The notes beneath the pieces are model-generated. The model did no database searches and was not told the DNA's origin. It saw only the letters and a list, made by a program, of their open reading frames with translations. From Podospora anserina (lineage: Eukaryota): a stretch of 64,000 nucleotides of DNA. How positions within the stretch are numbered: position 1 is the first letter of the stretch; every line of letters starts with the position of its first letter. The translations under genes were made by a program, and so were the position numbers. This document shows, piece after piece, positions 39,840-52,765 of this stretch. Where the stretch lies: contig CM030334.1 in the NCBI GenBank assembly GCA_017654855.1, positions 1,860,001 to 1,924,000 on the forward strand, written 5' to 3'.

Positions 39840-40429
39840 GGAAGGACGACGGCGGTGGTGGCGGGAAGTGGGTAGTTGGATGATGATAGGGTTGGGAGGG
39901 CGTTTGGGGGAGGTAAAGGGGTTTGGACACTGGATTGTCTGGACAAGTCAGGGGTACATGGGAGGAGGCAAAAGAGGGAGGTATATTTAGAGTAGGATTT
40001 GCGATTTTTTTCTTTTTCTTTTTCGATTACACAACCCTTTTTAACTTGATGGTTGTTACTTAGTTTATTGGAATACCCCCCCCTTTTTTTTGTTACTTGA
40101 TCTCTTGTTTACGGGGATGGGAAGGGGGGATTTTGTTGTTAGAGAGGTATAGATGTGATGGAAGGGTAGACAGAGCTAAGGGGTTAATGAACCGTTTGAA
40201 GATGATGTGGTATTTGGGTACTGGTATACCCCTGAATAGACCACCTTTTGTTTTTTTTTATTAAAAGAAAAAAAAAGAAAAAAAAAAGACAGCCAATGTT
40301 TCCAACTTTTTACTGTGTGGAAACCGTTGAATTTGTTTTTATGTGGGATAGGTATATTCCATTCCCCAGGCCCCTATCACCCAGTATTCTCATCCCTGTA
40401 CCGGATTGATTGAAACTGGACATTGAGGA

Positions 40430-41500
40430 ACAACAATGTTGAAGGGTGGTTGTTACCATTAGGAATGTCATCTCTTCAGCGAAGGAGCGGCCTGGGCTGT
40501 GGGGTTTGTCGTGGTTGGTTTTGGGTGAGTGGGCAAGGGGATCGAGCCGGCTGGGAGGAGGGTTGTTGTGTTGTGGTGGGAGGAGGAAGGAGGTGGTTGT
40601 TTTGCCGTGGTTGGAGGAAGGGGGTTGTCTCTGTCGTGGTTGGTTCTGTTGTCGTGGCTGTTTATATCCTCAGGGTTGATGGTGATGGGGAGCTTGTTTT
40701 TGTGGCTGTTGCTGTTTTGGTCAAATTTTTTTTTTGGTGATTGTCGGTTTTGTGATCGTTTTTGGTTCTGGTTCTGATTGTTGTGGTTGTTGTTGTTGTC
40801 CTGGTCGTTGTTGTCGTCATGATCCTTCTCCTGGACGGCATGATCCTCCTCCTGACTGTTACCGTTTTTTTGGACCATCAAGGGTTTCAAGCAACAGTGA
40901 TGTCGTCACAGGTGCTTCCTCTTCTGCTGCCCTGCGCCTTTCCTCTTGCTCTCTCTCTCGCTCAGTTCCGCCGCATCATATCGTACCAGAGAGCGCTCGA
41001 GGAATTCCTGCTCTGCTCTTGAGAATGCGCGGTCTAGAGCTTCCACCCGGGCGCTCAATAGCCAGGCCTACGGCTCGGCTGGTCGGTCCTGCTGTGCTTC
41101 AGGAAATAGAGATAACAATTCCGTGGTCCCCGCTCCTCTCTTGGGGGCGAGGGGCTGCGGTTTGGAGGTTTCGCTACTGCCACGAGGGAGGTAGTGGATG
41201 GCCAAGTCTGACCGGCAGAAAGGGCAAGTTGTTGGCCGGCCACTCCGGCCAAGTTCTCCCTTGAGGCAGAACTCGGATCAGGTTCGGATGCATGCACCTG
41301 TTGACGAGGTGTTAGTGACGTTTGAGGCGGAGGGTGGAGGGGGGTTGGGGGCTAACCGTGGAAGATTTGCATGCAACATTTGGTCTATGCTGTGTCCGAT
41401 GAGAGGGAGGGAGGGGTATTTGTGCTCGAGTGTTTGATGGAACAGGCGGCGGTGGATGGTGGCGTGTCCGTGGGGAACGTGAAGAGGCTGGGCTAGGTGT
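40430..41500 (-). pseudogene. Degenerate RING-finger pseudogene (RING copy 3)
   Basis: Manual translation: ACSIK...DTA*TKCCMQIFH[intron 41298-41356, GTTAGC..CTAAC..CAG]GACIRT*SEFCLK...TTCPFCR, then a charged/Q-rich tail with further stops. TGA occupies the conserved RING Trp position. Boundaries are approximate. Confidence 0.65.
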
Positions 41501-42108
41501 ATAAGCTTCAAGTGCTCGCCAAGATACGAGGTGAGCCACCGTTGGACTACTGAGCAACCGTTAGGACTTGTCAGATAAGCAGTGTACACGGCAAGGTACC
41601 TATCTTGGACTGTGTGAGGGTTAAGTTTTACAGATAAAAGAGTTGGACCTATTCAAAAGTTTCAAGTCAAAGTAGATACAGCCTCAGAGAGGCCGACTTC
41701 AACAACCCTTACTGCCCATTTCGCACCAAAGCAGGCACAGCATTTCACAATGCCACCATCTGATCAAATTGCAATTGGCACCAAACGGCATGTTACCACC
41801 CCTAACCACAAACAAGCACACAACCAAAATATCTCTCTCGTCTCAACAAGCAACACAGAAGTCTCCATTCCCTACCAACCACCTTCAGTACAAATCAGCC
41901 CTCAGCCCCATCCACCTCCACTTCCTCTCCTCCTTTTCAATGACAACAAGATAGATATAAATCCCCAGCATGGTCTACCCATTTAGCCATACGCCCTCGT
42001 AGATACCCATTGCCCGTGCCATTCAGACATCATCTTGTGACACACATCTCCCACTCCCCCAAATCTTCTCCCTGGCGCCGGGTCATAGGGACAATCATGT
42101 CTTCAAAG

Positions 42109-42584
42109 CTAGGTAGTGGTTCTCCTCTCGTCTCGACGCAAGATTTCCAGGAAGCTGATTCTGGTGTTGTTGGTTGCACGCGGGAGCTGGCCACGGCATA
42201 TAGGGCAGGATAGGAGGGTATAGGGTCGTGAGATTGTTCTTGTCCAGGTTGTGAGGCAGGTTACTGGTGTGGGGAAGGGGGTTAGTATCTGTTGGCAGAA
42301 GGGGGTGTTAGGAGGTTAGGTAAGGGGGGCGGGAGGGTGGGTCACGGCGGAGTGTTTTCTTGCAGCAGGACAGCTTCTCTATCACCTGCTCGGGCTTCGT
42401 CTCCTCGAGGCAGATTGGGCATTCATCTTTTGTTGACGGGGGAGGGGGGCATGTTTCCTTCGGCTTCAACGTCTTCGGGGTCTGGACCGGTGGTTGCTGA
42501 TCTGGACTTTGGTCGATAGACGAGCTCTTGTGTAGTGGAGGTGTTGTCTGTGGATTTTAAATGATGGTGCCATCGGAGACCCAT
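42109..42584 (-). pseudogene. Frameshifted RING-finger gene (RING copy 4)
   Basis: DECPICLEETKPEQVIEKLSCCKKTLR[intron 42264-42345, GTGACC..CTAAC..CAG]LTCLTTWTRT...SCPICR...TTT*. Neither upstream ATG is in frame with the RING. Confidence 0.7.
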
Positions 42585-42958
42585 GATGAACTATGGGTAG
42601 GTGTAGTGATTCCTTTTGTTTGTCGGTGAAAGAGTCTTTTTGCTGGAAAAGAGCAGAGTTCCCGGATCTAAATCGGTCGGGTAAGGAAGGGTTCGGATGG
42701 GGCTGGAGTTTACTTTCTCTGGTAAACTTCAGACCGCCATATGCTTGGGGATGCTGGGGGCTGCCGGAGGAGGGTGTGTGGCACGCTTATTTTCTGCATA
42801 CATGGACGATGTGGATGGGTACATCCATTCATGGGGCATGATCAATGTCAAAGATTCCAGATATTCGACCTAAAACACCCCAGCAGCGAGCTATCTTTCC
42901 CAATCATCCACAAGCTCAACCCTTCCAGGGCAATGCTGTGAAGTCCCCAACTCCTAAC

Positions 42959-43574
42959 CTAGGTATGCAATCCCACCAACTCATCATGAACACTCTCTAG
43001 CCCCTGGCTCGGCAAAGTCTCCCATTGATCCCTTCCTTCAACCCAATACAACTCCACCTTCCTCAGGTCCACTTTCCTCAAACATGTTGGACAGTTGTAT
43101 TTCTTCTTTAGCCAGCTCGCGAGGCAATCATCTGTAGGTATGCCACAGTTAGAGCTTAACGAGGGCAGTGAGGTGACAACCACACATACAGTGAAATGGA
43201 TGCCAGCACTCAGTCAGTATGACGGTATTCTTCATTCCATCAAGACAGATGGCACACTCGTCTCCCCTCACCCTGCAGTTGTCTGTGTCTGACGGCGGGT
43301 TGTATTGTTTGTTGGGGTGGATCTCGTTTAGGGTGAGCTCGACTTCTTGGGTAGAGTCGTCTTCTTGGGTACAGTCGTCTCCCTGGATAGAATCATCTTC
43401 TTTGTCGATTTGGTCGAAAATGTCTTCTTCAGGGCCGTTCCAATCAGAAGGGATTTCCCCCAGAGAGAGACCCTCAAGAGAGACCTCCTCGGGCTCCTCC
43501 TCGCGAGGAAGCGCCTCTTCTTGAAGGAGTGCGTCGACGCTGTTCTGAACTGCTAATCCGCTCATCCTTGACAT
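42959..43574 (-). CDS. Acidic RING-H2 finger protein, putative E3 ligase (RING copy 5, intact)
   Basis: DECAICLDGMKNTVILTECWHPFH[intron 43132-43189, GTATGT..CTAAC..CAG]YDCLASWLKKKYNCPTCLR; complete C3H2C3 ligand set. Confidence 0.85.
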
Positions 43575-44793
43575 GATCCGAGAGAGAATTACAGATGTTG
43601 GTTCAGCTCAAAAGCCGGGCTCGATGGCTCCGGGCCAAAACAGAGCAATGTCCGGTGATCACCAGGCCATGGCGGAGGGTGAGTGGGTTGTGGCTGGAGT
43701 GTAATCGGACAAAACAAACGGGAATGCGGTCCCCAACGTGTTGCCAGATCACTTGAACCTGGGGAGCGAGCCTCCACCGGGCTTAATAATAAAAAAAATA
43801 CGATCCTTGAGCGCACTAATCACATACAAATACTCGCAAGTTCCTACCGCCCTCTAGCTTAACATCTTTTACCCCCATCCCACCCCATTCCGGCGCGCCA
43901 TCTTTGGGGGGATCCGACCCGTTGTGATAAAAACGACGGCTGGCCATGGGGCTCCCAGTTGTCTTCCCGGTCCGCATAATACAACCTGTGCCTGAGGGGG
44001 TCCAAAGACTGGCGGCACAGCGGGCACTTGTGGGTAGATGTCTGGATTATCCAAGGGGCGAGACACCTACCTGTTACAAGGGCTAGGAGGAGGCTATGCC
44101 AGAGTATTCAGGGAGTGTGCATACGATGAAAGAGGTAGTGCCGGCAACTCAGAACCATGACTAAGATTCTCGCGCTTTTGGCGTCGTCGTCAAACATGTC
44201 ATCTAGACAAATGGTGCAGGATTTTGTCCCTTGATTGATAGCTCAATCTGCTGCTTCTTTTCCGGGGGGGGGGCCGCGGGTTCTGCAAGTTGAGATATGG
44301 TGTCGATAAAGCGACGGATTGCGTCTGGGGGAGGGCGAGTGCTCTGGAGAAGGCGATCCCAGTTGGTGGCCATTTGGTGTCGATGCCCACCTTCAACATG
44401 AGACGGGATAGCATATCACCCAAAGGAAACCCACCCAACACTGAAAACAAAGCCGTTGTATAAGACTACTTTAGCCCTCCCACCCCCCCTCTAACTAAAG
44501 TAACCTGCTACCTTGCTGAGCAAACCCCCATGCTGCCTCAAGGCAAGTCTCTCTCTTCCCTTCTCTTTCCTCCCGAAACTCAAAGTGAAAACCGCCGCCC
44601 TGGGTATCGCACCATGAAAGAAACCGCAAAAACGCCAGCCGTGCTCCTTGATGATGAGAGAAAGGAAATGCATGCCACCCTTCCATCACCTTATTCCATG
44701 TCCGTTGGCCGAAAAAGTTGACGATAATGACACCGCAGAAGAAAAGAAGACGGCCAAGAAAGAAAAGGCGAGAAGTCGAGAGAAAAAAGCCCC

Positions 44794-46033
44794 TCAACCA
44801 TCAATATGGTACGGCTCAGCAGGGTGATCCCCCCCAGGACCACCACGGCCAAACCTGCGATTAGTCCGAACAGGACCAACCCTCGACCCAGGAAGGACGT
44901 TGCCCCGAGAAGGCGTCATCGGAGCCTGAGCAGCCTCCCCATTCAAGCCCTGAACCGTCGTGGCAGCCTGTCGAAGACCCGACTGACCAACACTCTCAAC
45001 CGCCCCATCCTCCCTCTTGATCATCACAGCATTGGTGCTGCTCTCGCTATTCTCCGGCACACTGCTTATGCGTCCCACGCTCGCAAGGTAATGCAGCCTC
45101 TGCATCTGGGCGGGCGTCTTCTCATAAAACTCGGAGCGCGGCTTGATGATCATTACCGGAACATTGTCACCTATGGCCCAGTTCCAGTCACCCAGCATGC
45201 GGATCAGAGTCCAGGAGATCCCAAAGTCCCCCTTCTCAAGGACGGTGCCCCATTCCTCTGGGAGGGGTGTGCCCCGGCGGTTGAGGCAAAAGATGTAGAA
45301 GAGGAGGTGGGCAACGAGGAAGCGTCGCATGGGGGATTCCTTGGGGGTGTTCTCAAAGACAAAGGCGACGTCCTGCATGCTGAGACAGACGTGATCGGCA
45401 GAGGCAGGGCCCAGGTAATCGTAGAGGACATCAACGCAGGCGTTGCGGAGGCCGACGCACTCGAATTTGTAGCCGAGAACGTAGACACCGAGGCTGGTGT
45501 CAAAGAGTTAGCAGGTGACCAAAGAGAGTATAAATCAGCAAAAACTCATACTAATCGCGGATAGTGGCACTCTCCCCTTCAGAATCTTCGTAAGGAGCCG
45601 GGAGCCGAAACGAGCCCGTGTTGCCAGAGAGAGCAAAAGCATTGCCATAGCCCCAACGCAGAAAGATGTTGAAGAGCTTGGGGTCGACATCAGGAAGTCT
45701 GATGGGTTCCTCATTCTGTGAAGCAGGAGTGTTGGCAGGACTGGAGGCTGGACTAAGACCTTGAGCCTGACCAAAACCATGAGGCTGCTGGACAGAGGCC
45801 TGAGTCTGGCCGAGATCCTGATAGCTGGCAGGCGAGGCGGGACCAGCAAGGCCCTCGCCAGAAGTGAGCGTCGCACGTGTACCGCCACTAAGCAAGCGGG
45901 TAAAGAAGGGTGAATTCTGCGTCAGCAATTTCTCGTGAACGTTCCGCGCCTGGAGATCAGGACCAAGGTAGATGGTCACAATCCGGCCGGCGAACCAACT
46001 GGGGTCGAAAAAGTTAGCCGCTGGGCGAGGCAT
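44794..46033 (-). CDS. BTB/POZ domain protein
   Basis: IVTIYLGP...VHEKLLTQNSPFF...IRLPDVDPKLFNIFLRWGY...DY|LGVYVLGYKFECVGLRNACVD...VFENTPKESPMRRFLV; intron 45494-45551. Confidence 0.88.
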
Positions 46034-49000
46034 GTTTCCGTTTGTGTATGTGATTGTGAGTGTCAATGAGGATATGAATGGAGATGAGAGCTGGCGGATT
46101 GTCGCCCCAGGCACTCCAAGCGTGAGTGTGAGGTGTGGTGAAAGAGAGAAGAAAGGGAAGAGAATTTGCAAGCTGCGCAAAGATTTATAGGCCCAGAGCT
46201 CGGCGACGAAAGTTGGCCCGGCTTTTCAGGGAAGGTGCAATCCTGCTAGTGATGATGTCGCCGTTGACAACATCCCATTGGGATGATGGAAGCAACTTAC
46301 TGGTCCAGACGGGGCCGAGGCCTAATCTGGCACGAGCCTTTGAACGGTGTACCTGTATTAGACATGATTGTCCCTTTTGCTAGCGAAGGACGCCAAAGCG
46401 AAATACAATTCCGGGCCGTGTGGAAACGAGAGGTACCTATACAGGGAGTTGTTTCTGAGTCGATTGTAGAGGCTTGTGGGGTAGAAGAGAAAGATCGCCA
46501 ACAACCCGCAGAGCAAGCCTATATACTACCTTTCCACTATCACTTGATCGTGCCCCACATAATTGACTGCTTCAATCAGCTTGGATGGGAGCAACATGGC
46601 AAACTATTCACTATCGGCCCCACTAACTCATCTCGATGGAAGAGACAGGCGGGGACAGGAAACTGTTGAGATAACCTCTGATAATAGAGCTCAGATGGAC
46701 TGGGTGTATCAGAAGTCAGAGTGTCAGTAAGACAGAGGACGCTGAGAGAGACTTGCTTGACTACGGCTTTGGGTATTGCTCGGATTGCCCTCGGACAGGT
46801 CAAGCTGGGACACACCTTGCCTGTAATCCATCGTTGTCCAGATATCTTACTTGGACGAGCTGGAACAAGATTTACCTCTGATCTTGCACTTTCTATCAAT
46901 CCGGAGTAATGCCCTTATAAAGGCTAAGGCAAACTCACCTCGTATCACTTACCGTACATCAACCCCAGCTCTCAATACCTACTTCCAAGCTTACCAAGAG
47001 CACCCCAACAGAAAATCCTACCTCCCAAGAGGTATACCATGACATAGCAAGATAGCCAAAGACAGAGGCCCCGAGCCTTTACGTTGAGACAAGATCTCCA
47101 CCCTTTCGCATCAGTATACACACCCCCAACCCGAGGTCAGCCAGCAGAGAGAACACCAAGATACTCCCCCGTCCAACTCGGACAAAAGTCAGATAAGTGA
47201 ACCTACATACAGATCTTCAAAACCAGGATGACTTTCACTTCCCTGACCACATCTGACAATGAAGAAAAAAAGCTATTGCACTTGCAGCAAAATCACAAAA
47301 GACACACAAAGCAGCATGATCCTTATAGAGAGTCTCTAAGAATAAAGGTACCCATAGTGGTATCTTTGTGCCACAGCCATAGAAAACACCACCCCCTGAG
47401 CCCCTTTTCCCACCCACACATCAACCACATCCACAGCAACCACAACCCAACCACCAAAATGACCCAAACTTTCCCCGACCATCATCTCCAAAATTACTCC
47501 ATTAAATATACCCAGCCAGCGGAGTCTCTTTACGCCGTAAAAAACCCGACCTTGAGGATCCTAACCCATCTCACATCAACCGTGACCGTTCGCGCCAAAC
47601 CCACCGTTTCCATCAACCTTCAGTTTAGATCTGCAGTTCCTTCAATGCTCCTCATGTTCCTCTCCGACTCCATAAACTCATGATTCGCCCACCAGCAACT
47701 CAGCTGACCTCTTGGTCCCCGCTCGCCAGCATGCTGTCCCGACCACGTGGCGTATCATTCCACCTCTCCATCCGCAGCAACAACGAGGATACAGACTTCA
47801 GTAGGTTCTTACCCAACTTCGAAAGGGACATGATCACTGCCTATGCATTGAGAACTGGCGGTTAGATACACCTCTCAACAACCGATAGACACATCATATC
47901 AAGCAAAATTGGAACCAGTAATCAGAGCGAAGAAGCCATATACCCACGGCCAATGTTCAAGATTTCCCATAATCACAAGAAAAAGTTATTCATATCTTGG
48001 CAAACACAACGCCCCCTCTTCGTCCCAAACCCAAAAACTGGGGAACGAAAAAAAATACGCTGGACACCACCGATAGAAAGAGAGCCCACCAAAACCAACC
48101 CAGGCTAGGTAGACACTATCAAAACCAACACGCACACACCACAAACACACACACAACAGACAGCGGCCGCTTTCCCAAATACAAGACGCCTACACCCCAA
48201 AGCAAAAGATACGACAAAGATATCTTTCCATAGAGAGAAGGCCCCGCAAAGGGGAACCCAGAAAACAAAAAGTTATGTGCTTTCACCCCGCCCACCATTT
48301 GATTTCCGCGCGCCCAGTAGTGTACCCGTCCAGAGATGCAAAAAAGGCCCTTTGACAAAATAAAAAAATCCCAAGTCAACACAAAATAAGAGGATATCAA
48401 TGGGTGAACAATTCGCCCGCCGAATGCCACCCAAGCCCCCCCAACCCCAATGGTACAAGAGAGGAGGCCAAAAAATAGCCACAATAGACAACAATATGAA
48501 ACAGAGACAAAAACACAACCAACTCCACCCTTCCCCAATTTCCTTCGCCCGAGAAATTTCTCAACCAACAAAACCGCAATGTCTTTGCCGACCAGACCTC
48601 CCCAAAAAAAGATATTTCGCCCATGTTGTAAAACCCGCACCACCCTAAGATCAGAACACCTAGGTTGCAAGAGAGAAAAAGCACCCCCAACCAGCCCCAA
48701 ACAGACGGCCGAGGAGAGACCCCCGGGCCACTCTATATGTCGATATTCTTTTCTTTGTAATGAACTCGTAAAGACCCGTGAGACCGTAATGACGTTTTTT
48801 TTATCGTGAGACTGAAAAGTCGTCGCTTCCCGTAACGACGAGACGCAAAAGAGATGACGCCAGCCCGAAATGTTGTATGGTATCGAGAAAAAGAACCAGA
48901 AAGTGAAGACCGCTGTGAAACTCCGTCGTGAGACACCGATGCAAAAACAATGAAGCTGGCTTGTTGATGATGCAAAACCACCTGAAAAACGCCCATTCGT

Positions 49001-49489
49001 TGTAAACCGCAAAACAAAAACCGCAGCCCTCATCTTTCGAGGTCGGAAACACCGGCCCGAAAATAATATACGTTTTGTGGTATTAGAAACAACAAACGAA
49101 GAGGTATCGATTATTCTTTCATCGCGCCATCCCAAAAGTCAAAAGTTTTTTCCGCTTCGAAACAAGTCGCACAAGAGTCGATTAAGGATGTTGTTTTGTA
49201 CAGGTGATAAGGGTATCGTGAGGGGGTTGTGCAAGGAAGTCGAGTATCCATGGTGAAGTTGTCGCCCCTGCCTGCCAGAGGGAAGGTGGTAATAAAAAAA
49301 AAAGAAGAATCGATGCCTGCTACTTTGCTTTTCTTTTCGGTGCCCGCCAAGATGAACAGCTGCTCGGAACGAATGTGCGCATGCAAGTAATTTTACAATG
49401 TTCGTAGTTTGCACCGACGACGACGGCGTTTCAGTCGGGGCTCTCAATCTCGTCTAGCGTCACAGCGGAAGCGAGACGACAGCCCCAAC

Positions 49490-50157
49490 TTACCACCGCC
49501 GGCCGATGTTTTGCGGCTGCATCCGGGCGGGAGAGACCGAAGGAGGTGGGCTCGACATGGTGATGCCGGTAGCAGGGTTGACGATGGGGATGGCGTTGCG
49601 GGCGCGGGTAGCGGCAGGCTGGTGGATCTTGAGGTTGCTAGAGTGGCTTTGATATGGAGGAGCATACACTGGCGAGCCGGTCTGGACAGGGTAGTGGGCG
49701 ACCTGGATGGGCTGCTGAGTGGGAGACCCTTGGGGTGAGTTGCTTGCCAGCGAAGAACGCTCCGAAGACGAGCTGTTTATCGACACGAGCTTTGGGGCCA
49801 TCAATGTCAGTTCTTGAACGTGGCAGCGGTGCAAAAGAGGTCCGTGTCCACCAATGGCGCCGGGCCAGAGGGAGGGGGAGTGCTCACATCAGTCTCGGTC
49901 AACAGGCCTGGGCAGAACTCCATGTCGTCTTCCAGATCAAAGGACCGGCAGGCCTCGAATCTTGACCGAAAGCTAGACAGGTTTACCGACTCGGTCAACT
50001 CCTTCATGCTGCGCACACCGCGAAACTGCTTCTGGGGATGCTGCGAGACCGATAACCTGGGGGCTCTCCGGTTGCGGCCGCCATGGTGGGTGTGCGAGAC
50101 GGCAGGGGCTGTGGCAGGTGTTGGATGCTGCTGGTGCAATTGATAGTAGGAAGACAT
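49490..50157 (-). CDS. Conserved-looking fungal protein of unknown function (about 190 aa)
   Basis: MSSYYQ...KQFRGVRSMKEL...RFEACRSFDLEDDMEFCPGLLTETD|LVSINSSSSERSS...RNAIPIVNP...GRRW*. One intron, about 49790-49886. Confidence 0.8.
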
Positions 50158-52765
50158 TATGAATGGTGTTGACACTCTCAAGCCAAAAAAGCGTCGTCGT
50201 CGTGAAGGGGTCGAATGGTGAGTCTGGAGGTGGTGGTTGCGGTGGTGGTTGTGGGTGTGGCGAGGGTTTTGTGCGGAAGCCGAGCTGCAATTTTGAAACA
50301 ATAACAATGAAACCGGGCTAACCGAGGGCGACAAGTGAGGTGGACGGCGCTGTGGATTTGATTGCCAAAATGAACCGAATTAGATGGGAATAATCGTTGT
50401 GGTCGTGTGAGTTGTGTCGTGGTGGTGATTCTTGTTGAAACGCCTTTTTTTGGTTTTGGGGGGAGGATAGGTTTTGGTGGTGGTTTTGGTGGGACGAGGA
50501 GATGGGTAGGTTGAGAGGTAAAGTAGGAGAGAGGCGAGGGAGGAGAGGGACAGAGCAATCGGAACGGGCAAATGGGTTGGTCAGAGGGAAATGGTGGGTG
50601 GATGGGGGGCACTGGGGTGGCCTACAGGGGTCTCCTGCACGCGAGAGGCAGGACCCCGGGCCACACCCACACCAAGACGAGCACCAGACACACTCTGAGC
50701 GAATGCACTGGCCACTTTTCTTGCAGCCCGGGTGGCAAAGGTATCCACTTTCTTTCTGTTGATTGGTTACCAAGTCCACGCTAACCCTAATTCAGCTTAG
50801 GGTCTGTTGTCGTGTAATTTTGGGCTGGGCGTTGCCTTGTGCGTCCTCCGCCAGCCAATGCCGAAAACGGTCTGACGGTGCTGGCCGTCGCTGGTTGGAG
50901 TGTGGCGCTGCCCCTCCTGCCAGCCGGCAAACCCTCGACAAGCCCGATTCTCCACTCCGTCTCCTGCCCACAATCGTCACCCGACGTGGCCCGACACCAC
51001 CGCTTCTTCTTCTTTTGATACCGCCATACACTGGTGATTCTGGTGGCATTCAATGTATCTTTTTCTACCATGTCCTCCATCCCCTCTCCTTTGTCGATCC
51101 ACGTCCCTTTTTGAGTTCCCGGACTCCCGTCATTCTTGTTCCTCGTTACCTTTGGACAGACGCCTCGAAACATCCCGTCGCTTATCGCCGCCTTGCCTTG
51201 CCTTGCCTTGTCACCATGATGCGCATCTCGATGCGAACTACTCCGTATTTTCTCCCAGTTGCGGAGAGAGAGGGAGGGTTCATCGGTGTTTACACTGAAA
51301 CTGGCGCCCGCGGCCCAATCGGTGGTGGCCTGGACCTTCATACCACCCGTTATTGCGTTGCTGCAAGCGGCTCGAGATGCATAATTAAGTGCAGCTGAGT
51401 GGCCATTGGCAGCGCTCTCCGGCCCAGCCTTGTGGCGAGGGCGCTCCATCTCCATGCTTTGACTGGCTGGTGGTCACGGTAAAACACCGCGAGACCTTTC
51501 CCGTGCAGCTTTCTGAAGTTGCATTCGACAGACGCAAGACACCGAACGTGGCTGGTGTGTTCTTCTTCTGTCTTCTCACTCTTCTCTAACACCCCGCAGA
51601 TCCCGGCCATTTATGATTGCGGCGGGCGGATTTGCTTCCCCTCACCGGCACCCAGACCACCATCTCGCCGGCGATCCAAGGGCGCAACAAACCGCATTGC
51701 TTGCCACTGATTGGCGCTGGTGACGCTGATGATGCTAGCTGCCGGAAAGGCTTCTACGCCCAGTATTCTGCATCCATCTGCATAGTGCCACATAGGACGG
51801 CCTGCGAACACGAGCGGGAGCTGCTGCGTGAGTGGCAGCCAAAAGCAGGACCCAGCACTCGGCTGCTGACTCCGCATGCAAGGAGCAACAAGCTGCCCAC
51901 GCTGCCCATTCACTTGACGCCGGCCCGGGAGAGCCATTGGTTTGCTTCAGCAGCCGCCTTGTGCGCCTGCAAATGCAGCATCCTGAAGGAAAAAAAGGGC
52001 GATTTATCTCCGCTGATGGATTTCAGCCGGATCGCCCTCTGCGTGCCACGACATAACCATATCAGACCAACTGACCGCCTGGTTCCATTTTCTGGTTTGG
52101 AACCGAACTGCTGTCACCCTCGAGAAGACGAAAGAACCCCCCACCTTGCCGTTCCGCTGGTGGGGTGACGAAAGGGGCACAACTCCTCTCTTGATGCCGT
52201 TGATTCTCTCGCTGGCTCGCTGGGTGGCACCCAAAGTCACCCCATCAGCGTCATACTGGTCCATCACCAACCAGCATTCTTCCGCTTTTATCCATTATCT
52301 GACAACAGTCTCTCAAAAGAGCACTCGTGGCTCTGCTCTGCTGAAGCTTTACCGACAACCGACGACAAATAGTGTTTCAAAGTCCGGGTGGCCTGACTGC
52401 CTGAAGCGGGGCTTGCCAGAGCATGAAAGCAAGCTACCGTATCTACTTAGAAAAGTGAGAAAAAGCTAGCCCAGGGACCCCAGGGGCACCCACTTTTCCG
52501 GCCAATTTCCTCGCAACTAACCACTCCACTTTTTTCTTAGCCAAAGCCACAATTCTACTACATTTCACTAAAGTAAGCCTTTTTATAAAGCGCTCTAGTA
52601 ATTACCTAGGCGCTTTTGTAAAAATATTAAAATAACTATAATATTTAAACAAATATATATATTAACTTCGCGTCTTTAATCTTATAGGTAATTAATCTTT
52701 ATAATTTCTCTACTATAGATTTATTGAAAAAAATCTAAAGGTAAAATAAATAAGCTAGTGATAAC

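Noticed and set aside
47228-47865. Two abutting plus-strand ORFs that could be one frameshifted gene
   Set aside because: No recognisable domain; cannot be distinguished from chance.
48119-49135. 338-aa minus-strand ORF
   Set aside because: F/L/G/C-rich composition follows from the U/G-rich downstream flank; not protein-like.
49485-49495. GTAAGT donor overlapping the stop codon of the 190-aa gene
   Set aside because: No clear branch point and acceptor found nearby.
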